Positions 11,014 to 21,916 of a stretch of 64,000 nucleotides of DNA are shown in pieces. Position numbers and translations under genes: made by a program. Position 1 is the stretch's first letter; every line of letters starts with the position of its first letter. A model generated the notes under the pieces. That model made no database searches. It saw only the letters and a program-made list of their open reading frames with translations, and was not told the origin of the DNA. Origin of the DNA: Candidatus Marinacidobacterales bacterium (GTDB lineage: Bacteria > Acidobacteriota > Vicinamibacteria > Marinacidobacterales > SMYC01); contig CBDCYI010000009.1 in NCBI GenBank assembly GCA_965224085.1, positions 802,951 to 866,950 of the forward strand. The letters are read 5' to 3'.

Positions 11014-12188
11014 AAAAGATAACGCGTGTCTTCAGATTAACTTGGGGATTAACTTTGGCTTTGGGCACCGCCGCCGCGGCTCAGTCGGTGCCGCCGCAAT
11101 TTACTCTTGACTACGAGGCGATGGCGAGGAAGATCGTCGAGCGTCTCGCGATGAAGCCGGGCGAGACGTTTCTCGCCGTGGCCCATCCAGGGCTCTTCGA
11201 TGCACTCATCCCCCATTTGCGCTACGAGGTGATGAAAGTAGGGGCGATCGATCTTGGCGTCATCGATGTGCTCGCGCAACCCGTGCCCGGCGGTTGGAGC
11301 GAAGAGACGCTCCGTGAAGACGGACGCGCATCGCGCGCGAAGCTTTTGGAGATGCTCGAGGACGTCGATGCCTCGATCATGCTTCCAGGGGCCAACCCCG
11401 GGCAGCCCGTCTACGCGGCCATTCAAGATCTCTTGCGCGCGGGCAAAGGACGGACGATCCACTTTCATTGGCTCGAGAACGGGAGTGCTTTTCCTTTGCC
11501 GGGCCAGCCGCTTCCGGCGCGTCATGTCATCGAAGCGGTTTATCAGCGCGCGCTTCTGGAAACGGATTATGTCGCGATGGCGGCCCATCAACGCCGCTTC
11601 GAGGCCGCCATGCGGGGTGCCGCCGTGCGGGTCACGACCTCGGCGGGAACCAATCTCCGCTTGCGCATAGGAGAGCGGCCAGTAAATTTCCAAGACGGCG
11701 ACGCGTCCAAAGCGCGGACGGATGAGGGCGTCATCTTGATCGATCGCGAGCTCGAGCTTCCATCGGGCGCCGTGCGTGTCGCGCCGATCGAGGATTCGGT
11801 GCATGGAACGATCGCTTTTCCGCCGTCGCAGTGGGCGGGCCGGCCCGTCCACGGTCTGAAGCTCGTGTTCGAGCGCGGTAAGGTGATTTCTTTTTCTGCG
11901 GACTCCGGCGAAGACGCTGTGCCTCGCGAGATGGAGGGCGCCGGCGACGCGGGAAAATCTTTCCGCGAGCTCGCGCTTGGGTTCAACCCGCTCCTCGAGG
12001 TGCCGGAAGAAAATCCCTGGATTCCGTATTACGGCTATGGCGCCGGTGTCGTCCGTTTATCTCTCGGTGACAATTCCGAGTTCGGGGGGGACGTTACGGG
12101 CGGCTATGTTCGCTGGAACTTCTTTGTTGGCACCACGGTCACGGCCGGCGATGACGTGTGGGTGCGCGACGGCGAGCTCATCAAGTAG
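11010..12188 (+). CDS. Secreted aminopeptidase-like protein (M29/leucyl aminopeptidase fold)
   Basis: Signal peptide; VRVTT..GT.L.L, ELP.GAV..AP, ELALGFNP resemble the M29 family. Confidence 0.6.
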   Translation: MKKITRVFRLTWGLTLALGTAAAAQSVPPQFTLDYEAMARKIVERLAMKPGETFLAVAHPGLFDALIPHLRYEVMKVGAIDLGVIDVLAQPVPGGWSEETLREDGRASRAKLLEMLEDVDASIMLPGANPGQPVYAAIQDLLRAGKGRTIHFHWLENGSAFPLPGQPLPARHVIEAVYQRALLETDYVAMAAHQRRFEAAMRGAAVRVTTSAGTNLRLRIGERPVNFQDGDASKARTDEGVILIDRELELPSGAVRVAPIEDSVHGTIAFPPSQWAGRPVHGLKLVFERGKVISFSADSGEDAVPREMEGAGDAGKSFRELALGFNPLLEVPEENPWIPYYGYGAGVVRLSLGDNSEFGGDVTGGYVRWNFFVGTTVTAGDDVWVRDGELIK

Positions 12189-12204
12189 CAGAAAGGATGA
12201 CACC

Positions 12205-13096
12205 GTGAAACGAATCGCATTGTTCTTGACCATGGCGCTACCGAGCGTCCACTTGCCGCAGGCGCAGACCGGGCTCAAAGTGCACATCTCGGCCGACCTC
12301 GAGGGCGTCGCGGGAACCGTTACTCGCGAATAGATGGGACAGGGCGGATTCGAGTATCAAAAGGCCCGGGAGTGGATGACGCGGGAAGTGCTCGCCGCCA
12401 CCGAGGGCGCGCGCGCCGCCGGCGCCACGGAGATTCTCTTGGCGGATTCTCACGGGAACAGCCAGAACTTACTACTCGACATGATTCCGAGCGGCATCGA
12501 GCTCGTCCGCTCGTGGCCGAGGCCTTTAGGCATGATGGAAGGCGTCGACGAGAGCTTCGATGCCGTGCTTTTCATTGGCTATCACACGTCGAGCTCGAAT
12601 GCCGCTGGCGTCTTCGCGCATACCATTACCGGTGCTTTCACGAATGTCGGCATCAATGGGGTCGCGGTTACCGAAGCCGCGTTCAACGCGGCCATCGCGG
12701 GGCATTTCGGTGTTCCGGCGGTGATGATCTCGGGCGACGACGCCGTCATCGAAGAAGCCCGCTCGATTGTCGGCGAGCTCGAAGGCGCTGTCGTTAAAGT
12801 TAAACATCGTTATAGCTTCAACGCCGCGCGGACGCTGACGCCTCAAGACGCCCGCGCCTTGATCCGTGACAAAGCAGGGTGTCGAGCGTCGAGCCGCGCT
12901 CGAGCCTTACGTCGTCGCGACGCCCGTCACGCTGGACTTGACTCTGCGCCGCCATCTCCCCGCAGAGCTTCTTTCTTATCTTCCTTCGGTCGAGCGAACC
13001 GGCTCGCACTCCGTACGCTTCGTCGGCGAGGACATGATGGTCGTGTCGAAGTTCATGGAGTTTGCCGCGACGGCGCTCTCCGGGATCGCGGAATAG
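12205..13096 (+). pseudogene. M55 D-aminopeptidase (DppA-like), in-frame TAG at 12331-12333 and frameshift near 12870
   Basis: ISADLEGVAG, ADSHG, RP.GMM.G, GYH, HT, SGDD motifs spread over three ORF pieces. Confidence 0.85.
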
Positions 13097-13159
13097 ACTG
13101 CCGTCGCTGAGAGACGTCTACGTGGCGTTCAAAGGTGAACGCCCAACGCTGCCTTCCGC

Positions 13160-13582
13160 CTACTCTCCGATGATCTTGATGAGCACCCGTTTCGGCCGGC
13201 GGCCGTCGAACTCCCCGTAGAAGATCTGCTCCCACGGGCCGAAGTCGAGCTCGCCCTCGGTGACCGCGACCACGACCTCGCGCCCCATTACCTGGCGCTT
13301 GTGATGCGCGTCGCCGTTATCTTCGCCCGTCCGGTTGTGGTGATAGCGCTCCGGGCTCGCGTCGAAAGGCGCGAGCCACTCGAGCCACCGCTTGTAATCT
13401 TCGTGGAGTCCGGGCTCGTCGTCATTGATGAAAACGGAGGCGGTGATGTGCATGGCGTTGACGAGGCACAGGCCTTCTTGAACGCCGCTCTCACGAAGCG
13501 CCTCTTCGACCTCAGGCGTGATGTTCACGAAGTCCATCCGCTCCGCCACCTCGAAGGTGAACGTTTTGCGGAGGCTCTTCAA
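13160..13582 (-). CDS. yjbQ: YjbQ (UPF0047) family protein
   Basis: [29 protein letters not shown]. Confidence 0.92.
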   Translation of the reverse strand: MKSLRKTFTFEVAERMDFVNITPEVEEALRESGVQEGLCLVNAMHITASVFINDDEPGLHEDYKRWLEWLAPFDASPERYHHNRTGEDNGDAHHKRQVMGREVVVAVTEGELDFGPWEQIFYGEFDGRRPKRVLIKIIGE

Positions 13583-14013
13583 CCGCCGATTCCGTCCGCT
13601 GTGAAAAAGGCGACGACCGAGTCGAGCTCTTGGCTCAATTTGTCGACGCGTTGATGCAGAAGGTTACGAATCGAGAGTAGGCCGAGAACTTTCTTGTCGG
13701 CGTCGACGACGGGTAGATGACGGAAGTGCCGCTCCGTCATGATCTGGAGGGCTTCGCCCATCGACATGTCTTTCTGGGCGGACAAACAATCCGGTGTCAT
13801 GACGTCGCCGACCGGCGTCTCTTTCGAGTCTTTCCCTTCGAGCACAACCCGGATCATGAGATCTCTTTCGGTGAAGATGCCCGCCAACGCGTCGTCCTTG
13901 ACGACGGCAACCGCACCCACACGCTGGTCGTTCATGAGTCGCACGGCTTCGAAAACAGAGGTCTCGGACGAGACTAGGGCTCCTGGTACACTCGCGATCT
14001 TCAGAAGGTCCAT
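13579..14013 (-). CDS. CBS-domain protein
   Basis: Likely start MDLLK at 14013 after AAAGGAG; [17 protein letters not shown]. Confidence 0.85.
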   Translation of the reverse strand: MDLLKIASVPGALVSSETSVFEAVRLMNDQRVGAVAVVKDDALAGIFTERDLMIRVVLEGKDSKETPVGDVMTPDCLSAQKDMSMGEALQIMTERHFRHLPVVDADKKVLGLLSIRNLLHQRVDKLSQELDSVVAFFTADGIGG

Positions 14014-14264
14014 GGCGTGCTCCTTTCTGAGCGTTAATCCTAGTGTCCGGCTAAAACCAGTTCCCTGGGAGCGTCCGGTTAGTGAGAGAGTGCGTATCGA
14101 ACTCGGGGAATGCCGACACCGCTCCGATTCCGAACTTCCGAATGTTAGATTGTTTACCAAGTTGGTCCCGTTCCGCAAGGCCGGCCCGGTGCGGTGCAGG
14201 ATAGGGCTTCTCGACAAATCTGTATCTTGTTGATATGGTTTTAAGTAACGGGTCTTTCCCTCCC

Positions 14265-14982
14265 ATGTCGAGATATTTTCTTCGTTTTTTGCCGGTCCTG
14301 TGTGTCCTGTCCGGGCTCGTGCCGGACATTGTGGAAGCGATCCCCGCATTCGCGCGGCGCTACGATCTGCCGTGTCATTTCTGCCATGATGGCTTTCCAA
14401 AGCTGAGCGTTCTCGGCGAGCAGTTCAAGGAGCGAGGCTTTCGGCTCGAAAACGACAAGAGCGATGTGAGCACGTGGATTCGCTCCGTGCCTGTGAGCGT
14501 TCGCGGCGCGTTTCATCAGACCTTCGAGGAGAAAGGTATTGCGGACTCGAGCGGCCTCGTTCGGCTCGTGACCGCCGGCGACCTAGGCAGCCGCGTATCT
14601 TATTGGATAGAGGACAACTATCTTTTGGAGAGCGAGGATTCGAGACGCATTGGGCTCGACAATGCGTTCGTGCGTGTCGAGATCTTGCCCGACGAGCTCT
14701 ATGTCCGGGGGGGAAGGATCGAGCTCGATTTACCGTTCAGCCAGACGCGCACACCCCAGCTGTTCCGCTACGAGATCTATTTCGCAAATACCGGTTTCGA
14801 GACCGACAGTATTGGCGTTCACCAGGACGGCGTCGAGATTGGCGGCTTTCTCGACGACACCACGCGGTGGTCGATTGCCGTCGTGGACGGCTATGACAGT
14901 GAAGAGCAAATCTCTATGTCCGGTGATGTCGGCAAGTTTGAAGGGAACGTTTTCGGCCGTCTCGTACGCCGCTTCGGTGAGT
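14265..14982 (+). pseudogene. Outer-membrane protein with N-terminal CxxCH, 3'-truncated by IS
   Basis: Signal peptide, IPAFARRYDLPCHFCH.GFPKL..G..FK..G, then beta-strand-like sequence cut at the IS end. Confidence 0.7.
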
Positions 14983-16070
14983 GGCGTTGTTGCACGGCCC
15001 GGAGCAAATCGCTGACCTCCCTGTGCCGGTCGGAGAGTCACCCGGCGCAGTAAGTATCGGGCATACCGAGCGCGGTCATCTTGTTGAGTATCTCGCACCC
15101 AATTCGGTGTTCAACTCGTTGCCTCGCCAACGTTCGAGCCCGCATCTCGGGCCCCATGATCGCCTTGTAACGATAGACCGCGTTCTCCACCATGCTTCGC
15201 TCGGTGCAGCCTGAGAGCTTGTACCATTCACGTCGGCCGTGTCTTTCGATGGCACGAATATGGCGGTCGCGTTCCCGCATGGCGGTGTTCGAATTCTGAC
15301 TGAGCGTGGCGTTTCGTTGCGGCGGAATCACCACGCGCGTCCTTCGTTCAGGGCTGTGCGCTTCGATGGCTTCGTAGACCGCTTCCTTGTCGTATGCACT
15401 GTCCGCCGCCACCGACGCTATAGGTGCTTGAATCTGTGTTAGCAAAGGGGGGACTCGCGTTGCGTCGCGAGCTCGTGACACCGTCAGTTCGGACGCAACA
15501 ATGTTGCCGGTCTTGCGATCAACGGCGATGTGCAACTTGCGCCAGGCGCGCTGCTTTGGCGGTTTGCGGGTGGTTCCAACATGAATCCTCAAGCCCGTGC
15601 TATCGATCATCAGGTGGATTGGTTGATTGCTTGCGGCTTTCCCAATCCGCAGCTTCTTGCGGAGCAGCCTCGACCGCCGACACAACGTCGAGTAGTCCGG
15701 GATCTAGATACACAGCCGGAGAAGCGAGGCGATCGAGTGCAAGAAGCCTTCGGTTTGGCGGTAGGCAAGCTTGTACACCATCCGGACAACCAGGCCCGTT
15801 TCAATCGCCATCTCTGAATAGACCCGTTGACCGCCAGGCTTACCGCTCTTGTCGGCCTTCCAGTTCGCGATTGCCTCCTCGTCAAACCAGACCGTCAAAT
15901 CGCCCCGGCGGCGCAGCCCTTCGTTGTATTCCGCCCAGTTGGAAACGTGGTACTTCTTCTGTTTCGCGTGTTTGTACTGGCTGCGCTTGGGATACTTCAT
16001 GGTCGAACATTACCTCGGCCACCACCATAGGGTAGATTTCGCGCTCAGCCAAGAGCGGTGCAACAACGCC
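14983..16070 (-). mobile_element. IS5 family, IS903-group insertion sequence (1088 bp)
   Basis: Perfect 13-bp TIR GGCGTTGTTGCAC / GTGCAACAACGCC; no target duplication. Confidence 0.88.
15038..16000 (-). pseudogene. IS903-group transposase with in-frame TAG at 15704-15706
   Basis: NW.EYN.GL.RRG.LT.W, PDYSTLCRR, IDSTGL, WRKLH, N.MT.LGMP. Confidence 0.9.
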
Positions 16071-16522
16071 GCGGCAAGGCGGCGACCACGCCAACGATCA
16101 TGATCACGAGCTGGATGAAATCGGTATATGGGAGCCGTCGGGAAGTCGCAACTCGGCAGTGAACGTCCTGGGGCGCGCCTCAGTGGGAGAGAGGCTCGGA
16201 ACCAAGATCGGATCGTTGCTCCGACCGTTTCGTAGTAGAACGTGATGAACGCCTCTCCGGGCCCGACTGCAACGGCCGTTTCGAGCTTGGGAGCGCCGGA
16301 TCTTTCGAGCCGGAGCGGCCGCTGATCCTGTCCCACGCGCAGGTTCTCGATCCTAGCCCCGTCCATCTCGAGGAGCGTGAACGCGAGCTCGCCCATACCC
16401 GGAGGCGCGCCGTCGAGGGTGAGCTCGTAAGCGAGCTCGACGGCGACCGTGCGGTAGGCGTCGATGTTCGCCACGAGGTGCGCTTCGACGTCGCCGGAAA
16501 GGGCGAACAGCAGAAACAGCAC
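16071..16522 (-). pseudogene. Hypothetical exported protein, probably degraded or truncated at the IS boundary
   Basis: Signal-like N-terminus directly after the dipeptidase stop; ORF runs into the IS end. Confidence 0.4.
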
Positions 16523-16526
16523 AGGC

Positions 16527-17727
16527 CTACTCCCAAACCTCCTTCAGGAGACGTAGCGCGTTGCCGCCAATGACCTTGGTCGTGTCCTCGTCGGAGTAGT
16601 CGTGTTTCACGAGCCAGCGCACGATGTTCTCGGACGCTTCCGTCGGGTTCTCGACCCCTTCGACGTAGTCGACGCGCTCGTCGTCTTCATGGATCGCCGC
16701 TTTGATCGAAAGGCTCGACTTATACGTGTTGTGTAAGCCGACGTGATCGCCGTAGAGCGTGTCGGGGCCGAAGCCAACATGATCGATCCCGACGAGATCT
16801 TTGATGTACTCGAAATGCTCCATATAGGCCTCCAGGTTGTGTCGCGGATGGCCTTTTGTGATCGTCGTGTGCGGCGCCGCTTCGATCCCGATAACGCCGC
16901 CTTTGTCGCCGCAAGCCTTCAGCACATCATCGGGCGCCATGCGATTCGTGTTCCATAGCGAGCGCGCCCCGATGTGGGTGAGTGCTACCGGTTTCTCACT
17001 CGCCTCAATGACGGTCGAGGGTCGTCTGGTCACCGCAATGCGAGCAGTCAATGAGCATGCCGACCTTGTTCATCCGCTCGACGACCCGCCGTCCGAAGGC
17101 CGTGAGACCGCCGTCTTTCGCCTCCTTCAAGCCGGACCCTAGTCCGTTCGACTCGCTATAAGTGATACCCATCGCGCGGACGCCGAAACCGTAGAGAATC
17201 TCGATACGATCTGGCTCGTTCTCGATGGGCGCGGCGCCCTCGATCGACGCCACGAGTGCTATCCGGCCCTCTTCGTGAGCGCGTGAGATGTCGTCGACAC
17301 CGCGGCATAGGGTCACGAAGTCCTGATGAGCGAGGTCGCACAGACGCATCCCCAGGTCGTGGAGCACTTCGGTCCACTTCCAGCCGCGCTTCGAGTGGAT
17401 CTGACAAACGCCGTCCATGAAATTCTCGAAGATGCAGTCCCAGTGACAATGGGACAAACCCTCGAAAGCGGTGGCTTGCCGACCTTCGCGGACGTAAGCA
17501 GGCGTGTCGGATATGGGCTCCGGGAAACGGCCAAGGTGATCATGAAGAGAAACGAGGATCTGCTCGCGTGCGATGCGCTCGGCGCGCTCTTCTTGTGCGT
17601 CGCTCAACGGTAGACGGTATGGCGGTACGCGCTCGATCTCGGTCGCGAGCTCGAAAGACGGATAGTCGATGCCTTCTTCAAGGTATTGGAAGGACCGGTA
17701 GCCGCGATAGCGTTTGTCTCGCCCCAT
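16527..17727 (-). pseudogene. M19 membrane dipeptidase, frameshift near 17015
   Basis: SLHDH, SIEGA, GLT.FGR.VV.RMN..GMLIDCSH in one frame; THIGAR, GIDHVGFG.D, GGN.LR in another. Confidence 0.85.
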
Positions 17728-17731
17728 AAGT

Positions 17732-18637
17732 CTAGTCTCCTTGGATCTTCGTCGCCGCCAAGTCTTCGATAAACGAAGCGATAGCGGAATGATCTCGGTC
17801 GCCTTTACCGCCAACGACGAGCGCGCCTATCATTTGTTGTACGAGCGCCGTTACCGGGAGGGGCACGCCGAGCTCATTTCCTGTCCGCAGCGCGTTGTTG
17901 AGATCTTTTTGGTGCAGGCGAATGCGAAAACCTGGATCGAAGTTGCCGGCGATCATCATCGGGGCTTTGGCGTTCAGCACGTTGCTCCCGGCAAGCCCGC
18001 CTCGAATCGCCTCGAAGACGTCGTTGGGGTCGAGCCCGGCTTTTCTCACGAGCACGAACGCTTCAGAAACCGCTTCGATATTGGCGGCCACAATGATCTG
18101 ATTGGCGAGCTTCGTCGTATTGCCGGCGCCGTAGCCGCCGCAGAGGACGTAACTCTTTCCGACCGCCTCGAAGATCGGCCGGCACCGAGCGAAGGCTTCT
18201 TGCTTGCCGCCGACCATGATGGCGAGTTGGCCTGCGATCGCACCGGGCTCGCCGCCGCTCACGGGAGCGTCGAGCGCATCGACCCCTTTTGCCTCGCAGG
18301 CAGAGGCGATCGTCTGAGAGATAGCTGGAGCAATCGAGCTCATGTCGATGATGGTGGCACCCGCCTTTGCTCCAGATAGCACGCCGTTGTCACCGAGGAT
18401 AACGGCCTCGGAGTCCGGCGAGTCCGGGAGCATCGTTACGATGGCGTCCGTCCCGGAGGCGCAAGCGCTCGGCGAATCGGCGGCGGTCGCGCCTTCGGAA
18501 GCGAGCTCGTCCACGGGCGGCCTCGAACGGCTGTGTACTTTGAGCTCGAATCCCGCTTTGAGAAGATTGCGAGCCACGGGCTTTCCCATGATGCCCAAGC
18601 CGACGAACCCGACTCTTTTTACTTCCGTCACCGTCAC
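17732..18637 (-). CDS. garR: 2-hydroxy-3-oxopropionate (tartronate semialdehyde) reductase
   Basis: GFVGLGIMGKP, DAPVSGG, KLANQ, FDPGFRI.LH.KDL. Confidence 0.85.
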   Translation of the reverse strand: MTVTEVKRVGFVGLGIMGKPVARNLLKAGFELKVHSRSRPPVDELASEGATAADSPSACASGTDAIVTMLPDSPDSEAVILGDNGVLSGAKAGATIIDMSSIAPAISQTIASACEAKGVDALDAPVSGGEPGAIAGQLAIMVGGKQEAFARCRPIFEAVGKSYVLCGGYGAGNTTKLANQIIVAANIEAVSEAFVLVRKAGLDPNDVFEAIRGGLAGSNVLNAKAPMMIAGNFDPGFRIRLHQKDLNNALRTGNELGVPLPVTALVQQMIGALVVGGKGDRDHSAIASFIEDLAATKIQGD

Positions 18638-18668
18638 GCTCCTTGAGACGGCCGATTATAACGCCCAG

Positions 18669-19673
18669 TCAGCTGATGACGAGCTGACCGCAGGCGGCAC
18701 TTGCGTCGGCGCCGCGCACGCGGCGAATTGCGCAGAACATACCGTGGCCACGGAGCCGCTTCTGAAAGGCGAGCACGTGCTGCTCGGAGCTCGCGCGCAC
18801 GCCTTCTCGCCCAGCGTTCATGGGAAGAAGGTTCACCCGCACCGAGGTCGAAAACGGCGCGAGGAACTCGATGAGCTCATCCGCGTGTTGGAGCGATTCG
18901 TTCACGCCGTCCACCAGAACCATCTCTACAAAGAGGCTTCCTCCGGTTTCCGAGAGCCGGTCGAGGAAGGCTTGTCTGAGGGATACGGTCGAATGACGCA
19001 TCGTGGGAACGAGCCGCCGGCGCAGTGCGTCATCGACCGCGTGAAGCGACCACGCGAGCTGCACGGGAAGCTCACGCGTCTTTAGGATGGCGTCCGGCGT
19101 GGTGCCAACGGTCGAGAGCGTGATGTGCGCGGGGCCAAGCGCGAGGCCCGAAGGATCACAGAGAACGGCCACGGCGGTACTTACCGCGTCGAGGTTATCG
19201 AGAGGCTCGCCCATACCCATGAAGACGACGTTTCGGATCGCGGGAAGATGCGCCAAACGAGCCTCTCGCACCGCGAGTACCACTTGCCCCACGATCTCAC
19301 CCGCCGCGAGCCTCCGTTCGAGCCCCATCGTCGCGGTGAGACAGAAGACGCATCCGCGGGCGCATCCGGCTTGCGTCGAGACGCACACGGTCGTGCGGCG
19401 ATGGGAAGGGATGAGCACGGTCTCGATGCGCTTTTGGTCGGCAAGCACCAAACGCAACTTGGTGGTGCCACAGGCCGCGACATCGCGACGCTCCACGACG
19501 AAGTGGGCGCGGGACGTCTGAGCTTGGAGCCGCGCGCGTAAGGGCGGTGAGAGCTTTGGATCCTCGAAGGGATCCGCGCCCTTGAGCATCGCACGCCAGA
19601 CAGCCTTGGCGCGCCCGGCTCCACCCAGAAGCTCCGAGAGCTCCGCAGGCGTGAGCGCTTCCAGCTCGACCAT
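18669..19673 (-). CDS. rlmN: RlmN/Cfr-family radical SAM RNA methyltransferase
   Basis: CVSTQ.GCARGCVFC, VFMGMGEPL.N, SLHA, ACGQL; start uncertain. Confidence 0.85.
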   Translation of the reverse strand: MVELEALTPAELSELLGGAGRAKAVWRAMLKGADPFEDPKLSPPLRARLQAQTSRAHFVVERRDVAACGTTKLRLVLADQKRIETVLIPSHRRTTVCVSTQAGCARGCVFCLTATMGLERRLAAGEIVGQVVLAVREARLAHLPAIRNVVFMGMGEPLDNLDAVSTAVAVLCDPSGLALGPAHITLSTVGTTPDAILKTRELPVQLAWSLHAVDDALRRRLVPTMRHSTVSLRQAFLDRLSETGGSLFVEMVLVDGVNESLQHADELIEFLAPFSTSVRVNLLPMNAGREGVRASSEQHVLAFQKRLRGHGMFCAIRRVRGADASAACGQLVIS

Positions 19674-19973
19674 CGGACCATCGTACTTCACTCTTCGTGA
19701 CGTTGGGAAAGCGTGACTCTCTCCCACCCGCGCGACGCCAATTCTACCCGCTTCGCGCGAAGTGACACGAACGGCGGTGACCAGATGGGCTCGACTCGGT
19801 CAAGTCGCCGATGGCCGGTGAAAGGCCGCTAGGCACAGCATGTATCTATTTCACCACGCCATGCGAGCCACTTCGGGGAGTTTCCCACCAGGCGCGCGGC
19901 CGGATCAGGGCGACAGCCGCTCTTCCACCCGATGTCTCACGCCTCGACCAGTCTCTAGAGACGCAACTAGCGA

Positions 19974-21647
19974 GTACCCGTCCTGGCGGACGTAAGAGGT
20001 TGAGAAAAAGGGAGTAATCGCAAATTTAGGGCTAGTCTTCTGAGGGGTTGTCGCTTAGAATCGAAGTCGTCAAAAACAAGAGTCTAAACGACTTAACTCC
20101 AAAGGAGACCAGCCCTAAATGCGAAAAACAATCAACCCACAACCAAGCCCTGGCTGGAGGTGGAGCACGCGCGCGAGCTCGAAGCGATCTCGTCGGTGCT
20201 CGATGCCCATCCTAAGCTGAATGAGCTGGTATTGCAAGACCTGAGGTCGGTCACCCCATCGGCAGGGAGCGATGTTGGTCGTGGGGGAATGAGCGCGGAG
20301 CAGGTTCTCCGGGCGTTGTTGGTCAAGCAGCTGAATCAGTTCACCTATCGGGAGCTGGCGTTTCACTTGGCAGACTCTCGAAGCTATCGGACGTTTTGCC
20401 AGCTCGGCATCATAGAGCCGAGCCCGTCGAAGTCGACCCTAGCAGCAAACATCAAAGCCGTGAAGTTCGAAACGCTGGAGAAAATCAACCGAGAGTTGGT
20501 GAGTGTTGCCGAGAAGACCGCGATCGAAAAAGGAAGAAAAGTACGAGTGGACTGCACGGTAGTGGAGTCGAATATTCATTCTCCTACGGACTCCGAGCTT
20601 CTTTATGACTGCGTCCGAGTTCTCACTCGCCTCATGTGCCGAACTCGCGAACTGCTGGGTACAGTAGTGGTCTTCGGCAATCGAACGCGTCGAGCGAAGA
20701 GACGTCGACTGGGAGTTCTAAACGCGAAGGATAAGGAACAAAGGCGTCGCGTCTATCGAGATCTACTGAAGGTGTCGGAAGAAACCTATCGCTCCGCTCA
20801 ACGCGTTGCAGACCAGTTGGACGAGTCCGGCTTGACCGAGCCGGTGAAGCGAGCGAGTGCGGAGAAGATCGCCGCGGATTTTAAGCACTTTCTCGTCCTC
20901 ACCGAAAAAGTCATCAACCAAACTCGGCGTAGAGTGATTGATGAAGAGCGTGTGCCTGCGGAGGAAAAGGTCGTTTCGATCTTCGAAGAACACACCGACA
21001 TTATTCGCAAAGACCGGCGCGAGACTCTCTACGGTCACAAGGTGTGTTTGACTGGTGGCTCGTCCTCGATGATTTTGGATTGCGTGATCTTGGATGGGAA
21101 TCCGTCCGATTCAACTCTCGCGGAAACCATGATCGACCGTCAAGTCGAACTCTACGAACGGGCCCCGCGCCAGGTTGCCTACGATGGCGCGTTTTCTTCA
21201 AAGGCAAACTTGGAAGCCATCAAAGGCAAGGGAGTTGAAGATGTTGCCTTTACCAAGGCTCACTTCGCGGTGACCGATATGGTCAAGAGTTCCTGGGTCT
21301 ATCAACGCCTACGGCGATTTCGCTGCGGAATCGAAGGCGTCATTTCGTTCTTGAAACGAGTCTTTGGTCTCGACCGATGCACATGGCGCTCATTGCCTTC
21401 TTTCAAATCCTACGTATGGAGTTCCATCATCACCTGCAACCTGTTGGTAATGGCAAGGCACCTATTACGATAATAATGATTACTCTTACTGCGTTTATAG
21501 CCATGGATTGCTGACGATTCGCCTCTCGTTTCGTCCAAGATTTTCATTCGCTTCCGAGCCTACGAGGTGCCGACTGAAAACGTATAATACCCACATCTTC
21601 GATAGGCCTCTCGTACACCACAAGTTATGGTGTTTCTGGACAGGAAC
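19974..21647 (+). mobile_element. ISNCY-type (ISDol1-like) insertion sequence, 1674 bp
   Basis: Imperfect TIR GTACCCGTCCTG / GTTCCTGTCCAG(rc); 6-bp direct repeat TAGCGA at 19968-19973 and 21648-21653. Confidence 0.75.
20119..21473 (+). CDS. ISNCY/IS5-like DDE transposase, probable frameshift near 20150
   Basis: AAAGGAG plus ATG at 20119 is out of frame with the main ORF; RVDCTVVESNIH.PTDS.LL, KVVSIFE.HTDII.K, R.GIEG.IS.LKR. Confidence 0.85.
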
Positions 21648-21916
21648 TAGCGAGGCACCATCGCCAACTTTGGCGAGACTTCTGCGGAACACGTTGACAG
21701 CGCCCTAGTTGGGGCCACGCTACTTCGTCGGGACCGGACACGCCCTAGGATCGCGATTTCCGAACCCACCCGCGGATGGGAAACGATGTTACAGCGTTTG
21801 TCCGCCCTGGAACATGGCACACTTCGTGCTTTTTCTGACCCGGAGACGAAAGCAGAACCGCAAGGCTAAACCCTAGAGTTACGATAAGGATCCTCCTCAG
21901 CCGTCCGCCCGCCGTT

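Noticed and set aside
12331-15706. In-frame TAG codons (12331, 15704, also 41835) as pyrrolysine or stop-codon reassignment
   Set aside because: TAG terminates intact genes such as corC and mutL, the affected genes carry other lesions or are mobile debris, and no pyl genes are present
19606-19619. 14-bp match to the tRNA-Arg 3' end (TTGGCGCGCCCGGC) as an att duplication
   Set aside because: Lies inside the rlmN coding region, is very GC-rich, and no integrase is nearby; probably chance
21693-21749. Two ...CGCCCTAG segments resembling IS5/IS427-group ends
   Set aside because: No partner end or transposase could be matched; too short to support a call
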